A stretch of DNA of 64,000 nucleotides from Lytechinus pictus (taxonomy: Eukaryota), in contig NC_087247.1 in NCBI RefSeq assembly GCF_037042905.1, forward strand, positions 19,344,001 to 19,408,000, given 5' to 3'. Both the position numbers and the translations under genes were made by a program. A model generated the notes under the pieces. It had not been told where the DNA came from and did no database searches. It worked only from the letters and a program-made list of their open reading frames with translations. This document shows positions 22,744-35,847 of the stretch, piece after piece; positions within the stretch are counted from its first letter, which is position 1; each line of letters starts with the position of its first letter.

Positions 22744-23347
22744 AGGTCAAGTCCACCCCAGAAATTTTTTGATTTGAATCTATAGAGAAAAATAAAACAA
22801 ACATAACGTTTCAAATTTCATCAAAATCGGATGTAAAATAAGAAAGTTATGACATTTTTAAGTTTCGCTTATTTTTCACAAAACAGTTAAATGCACAACT
22901 CAGCGATATGCAAATGAGAGAGTCGATGATGTCCATCACTCACTATTTTTTTTGTTTTTTATTATTTGAATAATACAATATTTCAATTTTTACAGATTTT
23001 AAAATAAGGATCAAGTTAACTTAAACATAAACTGTTAAAATAATGGTTATTCCACATGTTCAGGGACAAATGAAAATTTATTGCACTTGACAAGGAGGAG
23101 AAAATTAGAATATTACATATTTCATATAATAAAATACAAAAGAAATAGTGAGTGGGTGACGTCATCAGTCTGCCAATTTGCATACCGACCAGGATGTGCA
23201 TAGAACTGTTTTGTGAAATTAAGCGAAACTTTAAAATGTCATAACTTTCTTATTTTACATCCGATTTTGATGAAATTTTCAGCGTTTTGCTTGTTGGATT
23301 TTTCTCCTTTTTTTCAAATCAACTTTTTGTTGGGGTGGACTTGTCCT
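22744..23347. mobile_element. 604-bp Kolobok-like MITE nested in the CACT MITE; also 49902-50505
   Basis: TTAA TSD. TIR aggtcaagtccacccca / tggggtggacttgtcct. Empty site gttttaagggtaaa at ~9603. Confidence 0.9.
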
Positions 23348-24660
23348 TTAAGGGTAAATTTCAACGCAGCATTGCGTAAAATACAAAAAAAATTGGTATC
23401 TTTTCACCCAACCATCACACATGTTCCCATTTTATCCAATAGTGGGTATAGTTGGTAAACCCTTTTTAGAGTGTATTTAGCAAACTGTTAAACAAATACA
23501 TGTAGATAAAAAGTTTGTAATATATTGTAAACAAAAATCAAATCTAGCAGTGTTCTTACTGTGAATAACGTTAAGACCTCCTTTAGACCAAGCTTACCAA
23601 AGGAACTAAGGGAAAAATAATAACAATGCAGTATTCAGTTCAATTCATTTTATTTCATTCACAGTAAATAAGAAACAAACAAATGTAGAAGGGCCTATGT
23701 ATTAAGGAAATACCATAATACATTGCACTAAACATGACACATACAAATTTATCATATTTAGCGTGGATGGAGACAGCTATGGAAGTCGTATACTAAGACT
23801 TGTTCTTCCATAGCTGCCCCTAAAAAAGTTAAACTCAATACTTACTGGTATTTATTAACATTTTCGGAATTTCGGAGCCGGGGCGTTCTAATGACCCCCC
23901 CCCCTCCCCCCCCCCCTCCCTCCATGACCACCGTTTCGCGATGTATGATTCTTCGTATTTTAGTAGTAAACTTTTTTATACAAAACTTTAATTTTGTGTT
24001 AGATTTTGAAATAAAATTCAGAAAATGTTATCACATTCCACGCTCTTTTCTTTCCCGGTTTCAACCTTTTCTTGGTCTCGAAACTTTGGGGGTCCATGTC
24101 CCGTGCCCCACCCCATCTGTCTGCTTTGGATGAAGGGTGAACTATCCTACAAAGTTCAACGGGTTTAGAGGAGAGGGCGCGCCACAGATTATCTGAGAAG
24201 ATCATATCATGGACATGTAGTCGGTCCATGATCGTATATTGATTCCTTTCTGTGACTGGCGTATCAATTTGATAAAGATCAGGGCTTTCCCCAAGATTTT
24301 TACAAATAAGTCTTAAAAACATCAAGTTGTTTTTACCCATTAAACTATTTGCAAAATATATGAGATAAATATTTCATCTACATAATTAGTTTTAGCGTTG
24401 ACAAAACTTTCCAAAACAAAACCATTACATACATGAACAACAAAACAGATGCAGTGCAAAGTTGCACAATCTTGCTTCATTCTAATATCCAAGAGCTATC
24501 ACAAAGCCATATTACTTAAGGCAAAGGTAAAGTTTAACCTACAAAAAGGGCTATATTTCCCAATTGATCAATCGTGATCCTCAATCATTAATTGTTATTA
24601 ACATTTTGGCATAGTTTTGTAAGCCGTATTATACAGGACGCAAAAAATGGAATCATCCTA

Positions 24661-25989
24661 CTAAAGGTGACTAAGACACACGGTGTTTGTAAGTACACTG
24701 CCATCTGCAGAAGCAGATGCTTGGACAGACGGAAGTACGCTAGAGGATGTCTGCACTTCGTGTTTAAAGACAGGATCGTGGCTTGATCGGGAACAGATAA
24801 AGATGCCTTTGAGTGCTTTACGAAACCCTGGATTCCTGGCAGTGTAGATGAAAGGATTTACGCACGAGTTGAAGTAAGCCAGGTTTTGGAAGGAACGTTG
24901 CAGTGGACTCCGATGGTAATTCCTGGTAGTGCTGAACCCCATACTTACGCAGAAGTAGGCAATCTGAGACGGTGCCCAGCAAATGATGAATACAACTATG
25001 ACAATAAGCATCATCTTGAGAACGCGAGTACGAGCTTTAAGATGATTTGATCGCTTACCAGCTGTGACCGATCCTTCTGTTAGGATCTTGGAGAAATGTT
25101 GGGCCTCTCGGTAAAGTTTCTTGGCTATTAGAATTTGGGTGAGAAGGATAAATACAGTAGGCAAACCAATGCGAAGACAGAGGATGTAAGCAGCATAGGC
25201 CATGTCGCCTTCGACGGAAAATCCTCTGCGAACGCACCGTCCAGTGAGGTCTTTAACATAGAACACAAAGATGCCCCTGCTTCCTGCGAGCATGAACGTC
25301 AACCAAACAAGAGCTGTACAAATATACGCTCGCCGCTTTGTGACCATGCGATTGAAAATGACAGGATGGACAACCGCGAAGTAGCGGTCGAAACATATGG
25401 CGACAAGTTGATAAGAAGATACTGTGATTAGCATCCATTGTAACATAGGAGAAGAGATGAAGATACAATAGAGACGTCCCGCAACACTTGAAGGCATTGT
25501 TTGAGCGCTCGGGCGGGGAATCATCACGATGGATAACAAGAAATCTACAAGAGCTAGATTACCCACCAGGATGTCAGTGGAGCGTCTGGAGGAATTTTTA
25601 CAGAACACCACAAGGATGACCAGGAAGTTCCCCAGTATCCCAAGAATCGCATAAACCATCTGTAAGATGACCCACCAAGGCCATTCCATTGTTGACCAAG
25701 ACCATTGAAATAAAGTCTTTGGTTGCATTTCTTCGGAGCGGTTTTCCTCGTAAGTAAAATTTAATAAAAAGTCGGAGGAGAGATCATCGTTGCTTAAAAC
25801 ATTTGAACTTGTGGTGAAGATGAATTCGTTTGGTCGACCCGTTGATTCTTTGCCAGTGCTATGTGCGAATGGACTTGATCCTGGAGAGGCCGATGTTCCT
25901 CCGAGACGAAGCGTTGATTTGTTTGTGGCCAGGGATTCATCTTTAACCAACACCAGGTAGATAATTGTGGAATAGAATTTGAAATTCAT
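24661..25989 (-). CDS. GPCR copy 3, intact, 442 aa from first ATG
   Basis: Same motifs. About 9 aa differences from copy 2 plus a 5-aa longer tail. Confidence 0.93.
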   Translation of the reverse strand: MNFKFYSTIIYLVLVKDESLATNKSTLRLGGTSASPGSSPFAHSTGKESTGRPNEFIFTTSSNVLSNDDLSSDFLLNFTYEENRSEEMQPKTLFQWSWSTMEWPWWVILQMVYAILGILGNFLVILVVFCKNSSRRSTDILVGNLALVDFLLSIVMIPRPSAQTMPSSVAGRLYCIFISSPMLQWMLITVSSYQLVAICFDRYFAVVHPVIFNRMVTKRRAYICTALVWLTFMLAGSRGIFVFYVKDLTGRCVRRGFSVEGDMAYAAYILCLRIGLPTVFILLTQILIAKKLYREAQHFSKILTEGSVTAGKRSNHLKARTRVLKMMLIVIVVFIICWAPSQIAYFCVSMGFSTTRNYHRSPLQRSFQNLAYFNSCVNPFIYTARNPGFRKALKGIFICSRSSHDPVFKHEVQTSSSVLPSVQASASADGSVLTNTVCLSHL

Positions 25990-28126
25990 CTTCAATTATG
26001 GTAAAATACGTCCTCCTGATGAAATAAAAAAGAAAAATAATATTAAAAAGATAATTTCATTTCTTAGCTCGAATGAAAATCTTTATAAACAAGACACCGA
26101 TATCCAATTTCGGGGATCGTTTCTGTTTGTTGTAATTAATTTCATAACACTTCTTTCAGGGCCGTAGCCAGAAGCATTTTGTTGGGGGGTGTACCAGCTA
26201 AATTTGCCAACTAAATTTGGCGTGACAGCGCCAACGTGAGTACAGGGGGAGTCTGATGGGGGATGTGCCCCCCCTACAATAATCACATGCTAAAAGATTT
26301 TGAATTATTAGAATTGAATTAGTGGCATTTGGTGAATACTTAAAGGTAAATTATACAAAGATATACAAAGATATTTGCACTTTAAAAATAAACATTTTGG
26401 ATCAAAATAGAAAGGCTAGTGTGCCGTAGTTGCTAACTTGCAGTATAATGATATACCCTATGCATTAATAATATCAAAATCAAAGATTTTTTAATTTTTA
26501 ATTGACATTCTGTGCAAGATGTCTCAACTAAAATTTCAAGAGTGCTACTGCTAACAGTGGCGTACCGTGGGTCACGGCATTGGGGGGGGGGGGGCACCAG
26601 CAAAAATTTAAAGTCATTAAGGGGGCGCGCGAAGCGCGCTCAATTGCCAGGTATAATGACCTGATAGGGACATTTTAAGGACTGTGCCATTAAAAGGATA
26701 TGTATCTTAGTGATCAAATAATGCGAGCGCGAAGCGCGAGCTGAAAATGTTTGATATTCAGTCCTAAAAAGGGACATAATAAGCAAAGTTTTGTAATCAT
26801 GATACGTACCTGTCTTACAAAACAAACAATGCGAGCGCGAAGCTGAAATTTTTTGTATAACTTAACCCTAAAAAGGGACATTTTCAGGACTATCTTTGGG
26901 AATTTATGAAGTGCGTACTTATCTCATCATAGTCATCTAATGCGAGCGCCAAGCGTTTGCTGATTTTGTTAGAATTACACTGGCACATGAAGCACTTTTT
27001 GTGGTCATTGTAATCATGAACATGATACGTATTTCACTAATGAAATATTGCGGGCGAGAAGCGCGAGCTGACAATTTTTGAAATTCAGACCTGAAGAGGG
27101 GCATTCTATGGCTTGTTTGTAGGAATTTACTATTTCACTAAATTAAGTGATGCGAGCGCGAAGCGCGAGCTGAAAATTTGTTATAATTAGATCAGAAAAA
27201 GGGACATTTTAAGGACTGTCTTTAGGAATTCGTGCACTGCAAAAACGCCGGTGTTGATTTAACACCAGCCCGGTATCTATATCGGTCCACACTAATGCGA
27301 ACGTAAGCACAGACTAGAAATGTTTTATTAAGGCCTTAAAAGGGGGCAATCACTTTAAGTATATAGTCATGAAAAAAGCATATGTCACTACATAAAACAA
27401 TGATAACTTGAAGTGCAAGGAGATAGTTTGGTGCATAATCTTTATGGGCTTAAAATACAACAGGACTATATATCTCATTAGTCAGACAATGCGAGCACCA
27501 GGAATGATGCAACCCCAACCTGCCCCCATCCCCACCCTAAGCACCTTCTGACACCATAAATTAAAAAAAAAGTTTAGTAAAAATAACTTAGAACATTTTT
27601 GTGTTTTTTGCCAACTGCAAACTTGTAGACAAGTCTACAAGTTGTAGACTGGTCTTCATGAATTTGCCAACTGCAGAGTTACCAGTTTTTTTAAGTCATG
27701 TGTTCTGTTCTTTTCAGATCTGAAACGGGGCAGTACTTGTACATCACTTTGCTGACTGGTAGAGCGTATAGTGTTCTGCCACTTTAATAGGCCCACTTTA
27801 TAATTTGCCAACTATACTTTGGCTTTGGTTATTCAACTTAAACCTTGGAAATTCATCCCACCCAATATTTATGTAGCTAGTCTTGCCTCTGATTTTACAA
27901 AACTAATGTGTTTGTTAAATCGTCAATAATTGTGGTATAATTTGCAAACTAACAAGCTTGTTCATATTGGGGGAGGACCGGGGGCTTACTTTGTGTGTTA
28001 TTATAGCTCCATCTGTTTTGTACTTAGTATTTTGCTGACTAGTAGGGCTCTAAGCCTGGCTACATGGACTTGGATTTGCCAATTGCATGGTTGTCTTTAC
28101 TCTAAAAGTCTCGTAAAACTCTTCGA

Positions 28127-28409
28127 NNNNNNNNNNNNNNNNNNNNNNNNNNNNNNNNNNNNNNNNNNNNNNNNNNNNNNNNNNNNNNNNNNNNNNNNNN
28201 NNNNNNNNNNNNNNNNNNNNNNNNNNNNNNNNNNNNNNNNNNNNNNNNNNNNNNNNNNNNNNNNNNNNNNNNNNNNNNNNNNNNNNNNNNNNNNNNNNNN
28301 NNNNNNNNNNNNNNNNNNNNNNNNNNNNNNNNNNNNNNNNNNNNNNNNNNNNNNNNNNNNNNNNNNNNNNNNNNNNNNNNNNNNNNNNNNNNNNNNNNNN
28401 NNNNNNNNN
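28127..28409. other. N-run, 283 nt
   Basis: Flanks cttcga / caactggtac. Confidence 0.99.
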
Positions 28410-30171
28410 CAACTGGTACATGATTTTGCCGACTGCCACGAATGTTGGGGGGGTGTCACACCCCCCTATACCCCCCCTCTAGCTACGGCCCTGAGTATAA
28501 TGATATACCCTATGCATTAATAATATCAAAATCAAAGATTTGTTAATTTTTAATTGACCTTAATTCTGTGCAAGATGTCTCAACTAAAATTTCAAGAGTG
28601 CTACTGCTAACAGTGGCGTACCGTGGGTCACGGCATGGGGGGGGGGCACCAGCAAAAATTTAGAGTCATTAAGTGGGCGCGCGAAGCGCGCTCAATTGCC
28701 AGGTATACTGACCTGATAGAGACATTTTAAGGACTGTGCCATTAAACGGATATGTATCTTAGTGATCAAATAATGCGAGCGCGAAGTGCGAGCTGAAAAT
28801 GTTCTATATTCAGTCCTAAAAAGGGACATTATAAGCAAGTTTTGTAATCATGATACGTACCTGTCTTACAAAACAAACAATGCGAGCGCGAAGCGCGAGC
28901 TGAAATTTTTTTGTATAACTTAACCCTAAAAAGGGACATTTTCAGGACTTTCTTTTGGAATTCATGAAGTGCGTACGTATCTCATCATAGTCATTTAATG
29001 CGAGCGCCAAGCGCTTGCTGATTTTGTTAGAATTACACTGGCACATGAAGCACTTTTTGTGGTCATTGTAATCATGAACATGATACGTATTTCACTAATG
29101 AAATATTGCAGGCGAGAAGCGCGAGCCGACAATTTTTGAAATTTAGACCTGAAGAGGGGCATTCTATGGCTTGTTTGTAGGAATTTACTATTTCACTAAT
29201 TAAGTGATGCGAGCGCGAAGCGCGAGCTGAAAATTTGTTATAATTAGATCAGAAAAGGGACATTTTAAGGACTGTCTTTAGGAATTCGTGCACTGCAAAA
29301 ACGCTGGTGTTGATTTAACACCAGCCCGGTATCTATATCGGTCCACACCAATGCGAACGTAAGCACAGACTGGAAATGTTTTAACAAGGCCTTAAAAGGG
29401 GGCAATCACTTTAAGTATATAGTCATGAAAAAAACATATGTCACTACATAAAACAATGATAACTTGAAGTGCGAGGAGATAGTTTGGTGCATAATCTTTA
29501 TGGACTTAAAATACAACAGGACTATATATCTCATTAGTCAGACAATGCGAGCACCAGGAATGATGCAACCCCAACCTGCCCCCATCCCCACCCTAAGCAC
29601 CTTCTGACACCATGAATTAAAAAAAAAAGTTTAGTAAAAATAACTTAGAACATTTTTGTGTTTTTTGCCAACTGCAAACTTGTAGACAAGTCTATAAGTT
29701 GTAGACTTGTCTTCATGAATTTGCCAACTGCAGAGTTACCATTTTTTTAAGTCTTGTGCTCTGTTCTTAGATCTGAAACGGGGCAGTACTTGTACATCAC
29801 TTTGCTGACTGGTAGAGCGTATAAAGTTCTGCTACTTTAATAGGCCCACTTTATAATTTGCCAACTATACTTTGGCTTTGATTATGCAACTTAAACCTTG
29901 GAAATTCATCCCACCCAATATTTATGTACCTAGTCCTGCATCTAATTTTACAAAACTAATGTGTTTGTTAAATCGTCAAAAATTGTGGTATAATTTGCAA
30001 ACTAACAAGCTTGTTCATATTGGGGGAGGACCGGGGGCTTACTTTCTGTGTTATTATAGCTACATCTGTTTTGTACTTATTTTTGCTGACTAGTAGGGCT
30101 CTAAGCCTGGCTACATGGACTTGGATTTGCCAATTGGTTGTCTTTACTCTAAAAGTCGTAACCTTCTTCGA

Positions 30172-30383
30172 NNNNNNNNNNNNNNNNNNNNNNNNNNNNN
30201 NNNNNNNNNNNNNNNNNNNNNNNNNNNNNNNNNNNNNNNNNNNNNNNNNNNNNNNNNNNNNNNNNNNNNNNNNNNNNNNNNNNNNNNNNNNNNNNNNNNN
30301 NNNNNNNNNNNNNNNNNNNNNNNNNNNNNNNNNNNNNNNNNNNNNNNNNNNNNNNNNNNNNNNNNNNNNNNNNNNNNNNNNNN
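30172..30383. other. N-run, 212 nt
   Basis: Same flanks as the first run. Confidence 0.99.
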
Positions 30384-31299
30384 CAACTGGTACATGATTT
30401 TGCCGACTGCCACGAATGTTGGGGGGGTGTCACCCCCCCCCCATACCCCCCCTCTAGCTACGGCCCTGACTTCTTTTGATTTAATTTTCAAAAACGATTA
30501 AATTTTCAATAAGATATAAATTATATTTAAGACTTACCGATTGGCGATTGACTGATAGTTGTTGAAGAGCTGATGTAGTCTCCCAAGCTTTCACTTTTAT
30601 ATAGTCTGTGGTGTTTACCGCTGTGTCATCCATTACGATCAATGCATTATTTCTAGGCCCTGGATAGTAATGTTCCAATATTGAATTACACCTTTTCTAG
30701 TTTTATATTGACTGTGATTACAATTAAATAAAAAATGCCTCTCTTTTTAATGTACATGTAACTTCCTGACATGTTAAAAAGATATAAAAAACGGTGAAAC
30801 CATAACCTACTCTAAACGGAAAGAAAATATCAGTTATTTCCAGAATTGAATATCTGTCAAAGAAATCACTCAAATAAAAGTCTTTTGAGATTTCATTAAA
30901 GTTTCTTCCAACCTTCACTGTCATATCTGGAATTTTAATTTCGTGATACACGAGTGACTCTTTTAACAAAATATGCAGGTGGCGTTCATTCATTTTTGTT
31001 AAATGTACTCTGAATAGTCGAAAACTTGATACTAAAGCGGTTAATGTGGATCTGTTCAAGAATTTCTGCTTTCAGACAAGCCGTAAATGCCATTATTGCG
31101 GCCATGATAGTGTATTTGAATTAAACGATTTAAAAGGTACAGAAGTAATGGATTTGAACAACAAATCAAATTCAATAAAATCAGTATGCTAAGGTTTGAA
31201 AAAAGAGGCCCTAAGTGCTTTTCAGACATCTCATTTTGTTTAGCATCCCTTGATATCTTTTTACTAGTGAGCTTCAGCTCTCTTATAACTTCTTTTTTA

Positions 31300-33550
31300 T
31301 TATTATTAATAAAAATAATAATGATATATGGAACTTGTTAGGCGCCATATCCATTTCGTAAGAGGTGCTCAAGGCGCACAAGTGAAGGGGGGCAAACGAA
31401 ATTACAAGTAACAGAAAATCATCGATAAAATGAGTTAAAGAGGTCGGTTTTTAGCTTAATCTTAAATGTTTCGACACTCTTGCTATCTTGGATCTCTCGT
31501 GGGAGGGAATTCCATAGTGAGGGCCCTGCATGGATGAATGCCCCCCCCCCCCACACACACACACTTTGTTTTACATTTTGGAACTGTAAGAAGACCTGGG
31601 CCCTGTCTTACAAAGAGTTACGATTGATCGTTACTCTATGGAATTCATCAGTGTCATAATTTTTTTCTACAGGAAATGTGCATAATGTCCTTTGTAAACA
31701 AAAATAAGCACACTGAATTTTCAAGACAACGATGAATGCATGAATATACATCATAGTTAGAAACATGCGTAGTAAACATCCATATAGATGTTGACATTGC
31801 TGGCCGTCCATAGTTGCGATCGATCGGATCAATCGCAACTCTTTGTATAAGACGTGGCCCAGATTCACTGCATACGGAGCGTAGAAGCCTAGATGGTGTG
31901 TAGAGCAAAGTTGTACTGTGGAGCAGAGCCCAGTTAAAAGCCCCCTCGCGCCTGACCGAATGTAGGCGGACGAAGGGTGACGAATGGGAAAAATGCACGA
32001 AATGCACGCGAATTCAACGAATTCAAATAAAATTTCCGTCAAATCATGCGATCAGTAACTATTCTCAAATTTTATCAACGGTAAGCGAATGATAAATATT
32101 ACATGCGAAGGATATCGATATTTCGGTTCACCTCTTTGATTAAATTGCAGCCGAAGGCGAGCGAAAGGTTGGTATAACCCAATAAGACGAACGAACAGTG
32201 AGCAATGGTTTGATATGGTGTGCGATTAGAAACGAAGACGAGGGAATAGATCGGACGTTCTTGTACGTTTGTGTCATCGTGTTGCTTCGTTAAGGGTTCT
32301 TTCGAGATCGGTCCACTTTGGCAAAAGCGCGATGAGGGACTATGCGCGACAATAACGCACGAACGATAAACGAACGATTACCGCAGACTAAATAAGAGAT
32401 GCGAATTCAAACAGATGACCAACGATTTTTCAATTCGTCGGAAATTTTTAAACATGTTCGAAATTTCCGCGCGAATTTGAATAATCGCAGCTGTTAGTTC
32501 AGAAGGTGTACGAACCCAAACACGAAGGGTAAATATGATTTACTATCACTTACCATTGAAAACGATGAAGAAAAAAATGCCTTTCGCCAGCCATCGCAAG
32601 GCATATTTTTGGCAATTCGGTTAGGTGTGAGGGGGCCTTAAAGGATTTCGAATTTGCCGCGTTCACTCATGGGCAACCAATGTAAAGATTTAAGAAAAGG
32701 AGTGATGTGGGTAAATTTGCTACGAAGTGTCACTATACGAGCAGCAGAATTTTGTAGTTTTTGCAAACGAGTAATTTGAGACTGGAGTAGATTAAATAAA
32801 TGGGTTACACTTCGTAATTCCGAAGGTTCTTTATTTCGAAGGTTCGTAATTCCGAAACACGCAAATTGCCTATACCTCGATGTTCGTTAATCCGAAAACG
32901 TAAAAGGGTTTGTTAATCCGAACATTTGTGGCGTTATTCCGAAGGTTCGTTATTCCGAAGGTTCGATAATCCGAAAACGAAATAAGGTTCGATGTTCCGA
33001 AGGTTCGTTAATCCGAAAACGAAATAAGGTTCGTTGTTCCGAAGGTTCGTTAATCCGAAAACGAAATAAGGTTAGTTAATCATTTAGTTTTCGGACTAAC
33101 GAACCTTCGGAATTACGAACCTCATTTCTTTTTCGGATTAACGAACCTTCGGAATTACGAACCTCACTTCGTTTTCGGACTAACGAACCTTCGGAATTAA
33201 GAACCTTCGGAAATACGAACCATAACCGAACCTTCGGAATAACGAAGCTTCGGAATTACGAATGTATGCGAAATAAATGTGCATTGCCGAAATCAAGACG
33301 AGACTAAAATTAATCAATGAATGACCAATTTTCTCTGTTGCGTCAAGAGTCAAATATTTGCGTGTGAACCCTAGGTTGCGTAATTGATACCGTACAGATT
33401 TACAAGTGTATTGAATACGAGAACCATCGATCTTGTTTGAGTCGAGAAACATACCAAGATTGTTTTAGAAACTTCAATAATGTGGTTGGCAAAAGAAATG
33501 GATGTAATTTGTATTCTAGACAGATGGGTTATTAATGAAATCATATTATA
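31300..33550 (-). mobile_element. L2-like LINE fragment of unit C with three nested MITEs; counterparts at 43170-44899 (B') and 56365-58658 (C')
   Basis: RT-like peptide CKSVRYQLRNLGFTRKYLTLDATEK. Collinear with the unit A fragment. Confidence 0.8.
32802..33270. mobile_element. Foldback-like element built of inverted ttccgaaggttcg repeat arrays; 57868-58378 in unit C'
   Basis: 8-bp TSD aaataaat. Ends taca(c)ttcgtaattccgaag / cttcggaattacgaatgta. Empty site in units B and B'. Confidence 0.85.
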
Positions 33551-34376
33551 CAGTACGTCCCACAAAAAACGAAACCGAGATTTATCGATGATTTATCATA
33601 ATTTAATCACAAATACAATAGACAAATGACCTACCATTGTAAAGCTTACAATCTCCACTTTCATCTAAAATTACTTAGATTATTTCTCCTTCACGCATGA
33701 GTGAGCAACAAGAATTTGAAGAGGGGATACCAAAATGTCACTTGGCGGGCTGTATCTGGGATTCAAAAAAAAAACCACATATTTAAAAAGTTCAATATCT
33801 GCTCTCTAATTTGATACCTCAATTACAGAGAATGGTCAAGAAATAACAAAGTTCTGGTTATTTGAAAAAAGGCTTGAATTTCAACAATTTCATAAAATGA
33901 AGAGGTTTTACAGGCTATCGTCCAGACTTACTCAAGACTCTGTTTTGTTGACGATCGCCATGCATTAAGTCTTTTGTTAACCGTGCGATAGCTTCGCTGG
34001 GAAACCTGTTAAAACACGTTTATTTAATGAAATTATGGAAATACAAGCATCTTTTCGAGGGAACAGAACTTGTTTACTTCTTGACCATTTTCTGTGATTA
34101 AGGTATCAAAATGAAAGAGCAGATATTGAACTTTTTAGGCATGTGATTTTCTTTTTGAAATTCAGATACCCCCCGCCAAATGAGTTTTTGGTATCCTTTC
34201 TTCAAATTGTTTTTGCTCACTCATGCGAAAATGTGGAATATTCTAAGTAATTTCAGATGAAAGAGGAGATTCTAAACTTTACAATGGTAGGTCATTAAAT
34301 TTTGTCTATTGCATTTATGATTAAGTTATGATAAATCATCGCTAAATCTCGGTTTCGTTTTTTGTGGGACGCACTG
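33551..34376. mobile_element. Tc1/mariner-type long-TIR MITE without the nested insert; also 58659-59478
   Basis: TA TSD. cagt(a/g)cgtcccac ... gtgggacgcactg. Same site as 17792-19357. Confidence 0.9.
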
Positions 34377-35345
34377 TATAACGATAACCCCTTCAAAAGT
34401 TATCCGCGTCCCCTTGTTACTTTCAACGACTATCTTTTTCACGCATGCAATATGACAGTTCTATATCAAATTCAACATCTTTTACAAAGGAAAACCACTG
34501 TTTTGACGTTTTATTGACGAGAATTACCAATTGAATCTTGGGATACTCATATACCAGTATAACAACCACGAATTACCCTCCGTTTTTAACAATATATTTC
34601 GAGTAAATAATTAAAGTAGCCATTACTCAACTATATACAAATCACGTTGTATCACTTGCCAAGGACTCGAACAGCACTTACACAGAACACTTTCATATTG
34701 ACTGCCCAAAATATTGGAATTCCCTTCCTCTGAATATAAGAGAGAGTTAAAGCTAATGTACATTTAAACTTAAAGTTAAGAAATTGCTTTTTGCCTCCTA
34801 CTCCCAACAGCCTCCCTGGAATGTTTGACAATTATACAGATCCCATCTACGACCCTTTCCTCATTTTTTTTTTCTCTCTCGCTTTCTTTTCACTATTATT
34901 TTTTCCCCTTTTTGTCTCCTTTAATTGTCTGTTGTATTTTATCCTTTCTTCAAGGCGCCCCACCCCCATACATCTTTGTACAGTCTTTTTTATCATCCAT
35001 GACCAAGCATTTATCATCCCTGAAATCAAATCTCTGCTTACACTCCATCTCCTATAGTGTTCCTTTAATTGCGTTCTGTTCGAGAAATCAGCGTCATTCT
35101 ATCCTCGCTTCTTAGCTGGTCTCTTTTTTTCATAGCTGTTTTTTTTCTTTTTCATTGTAAGCATACATACAACTATACTCCTAAAAAGGTTTGATTTATG
35201 TATTTTTTTCTATAGATTATTTGCATTTTTATTACCAATTTGCAAAAAATAGGCTACTTTGGGGGTTATGATTGATTTGTCTCGATTTATGTAATTGATT
35301 TTTATTTGTGTTCCTCTAATTTGTATGGTGAAAAAATAAATATTA

Positions 35346-35495
35346 CACTATAAAAAATGAAATGCTAATTTAGCACTTACAGTGCTTGCATATTGACTGC
35401 ACTACGAGTGCTGATTTTTTTAGTTCAAATTTAAACTAGAAAATCAGCACTCGTAGTGCAGTCACATACAAGCACTTTAGAGCACTTTTAGAGTG
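35346..35495. mobile_element. 150-bp palindromic CACT-terminal MITE; also 60448-60597
   Basis: ta-cactataaaa ... ttttagagtg-ta. Internal hairpin gactgcactacgagtgctgatttt / aaaatcagcactcgtagtgcagtc. Confidence 0.7.
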
Positions 35496-35847
35496 TATTT
35501 AGCAAACTGTTAAACAAATATATACATGTAGATAAAAGTTTGTAATATATTGTAAACAAAGTTAAAAAATCTAGCAGTGTTCTTACTGTGAATAACGTTA
35601 AGACCTCCTTTAGGCCAAGCTTACCAAAGGAACTAAGGGGGAAAATAATAACAATGCAGTATTCAGTTCAATTCATTTTATTTCATTCACAGTAAATAAG
35701 AAATACACAAATGTAGAAGGGCCTGTTACAACCGATAATGTCGCAGATTGCGACATTATGCCAAGAGCGTCCGACGCATAATGTCGCAGTCAACGCATAA
35801 TGTCGTAGTTTTTCTAACGCATAACGTCACATGTCACAACGCATAAT

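Larger units (their letters stand above)
26157..30468. mobile_element. hAT-like element in the copy 3 5'UTR intron: one complete copy (26157-28493) plus a left-truncated second copy (28494-30468)
   Basis: 8-bp TSD acttcttt (26149-26156 and 30469-30476). TIR cagggccgtagc / gctacggccctg. Empty site in copies 1, 2 and 4. Carries a nested cagtggcgta element with gcgagcgcgaagcgcgagc repeats. Confidence 0.9.
26016..30603 (-). promoter_or_regulatory. Copy 3 predicted TATA (30595-30603), exon 1 and TE-expanded 5'UTR intron (26016-30537)
   Basis: Donor and acceptor intact. The intron is enlarged by the hAT-like insertion. Confidence 0.6.

Noticed and set aside
27930-30501. ORFs spanning the N-runs
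   Set aside because: They are artefacts of translating through unknown bases.
30481-31260. 65- and 111-aa minus-strand ORFs upstream of the GPCRs, faintly LRR-like (FSNLSILILLNL)
   Set aside because: They use non-ATG starts, frames break between copies, there is no regular LRR period, and the region is better explained as promoter, exon 1 and intron. An HMM search would settle it.
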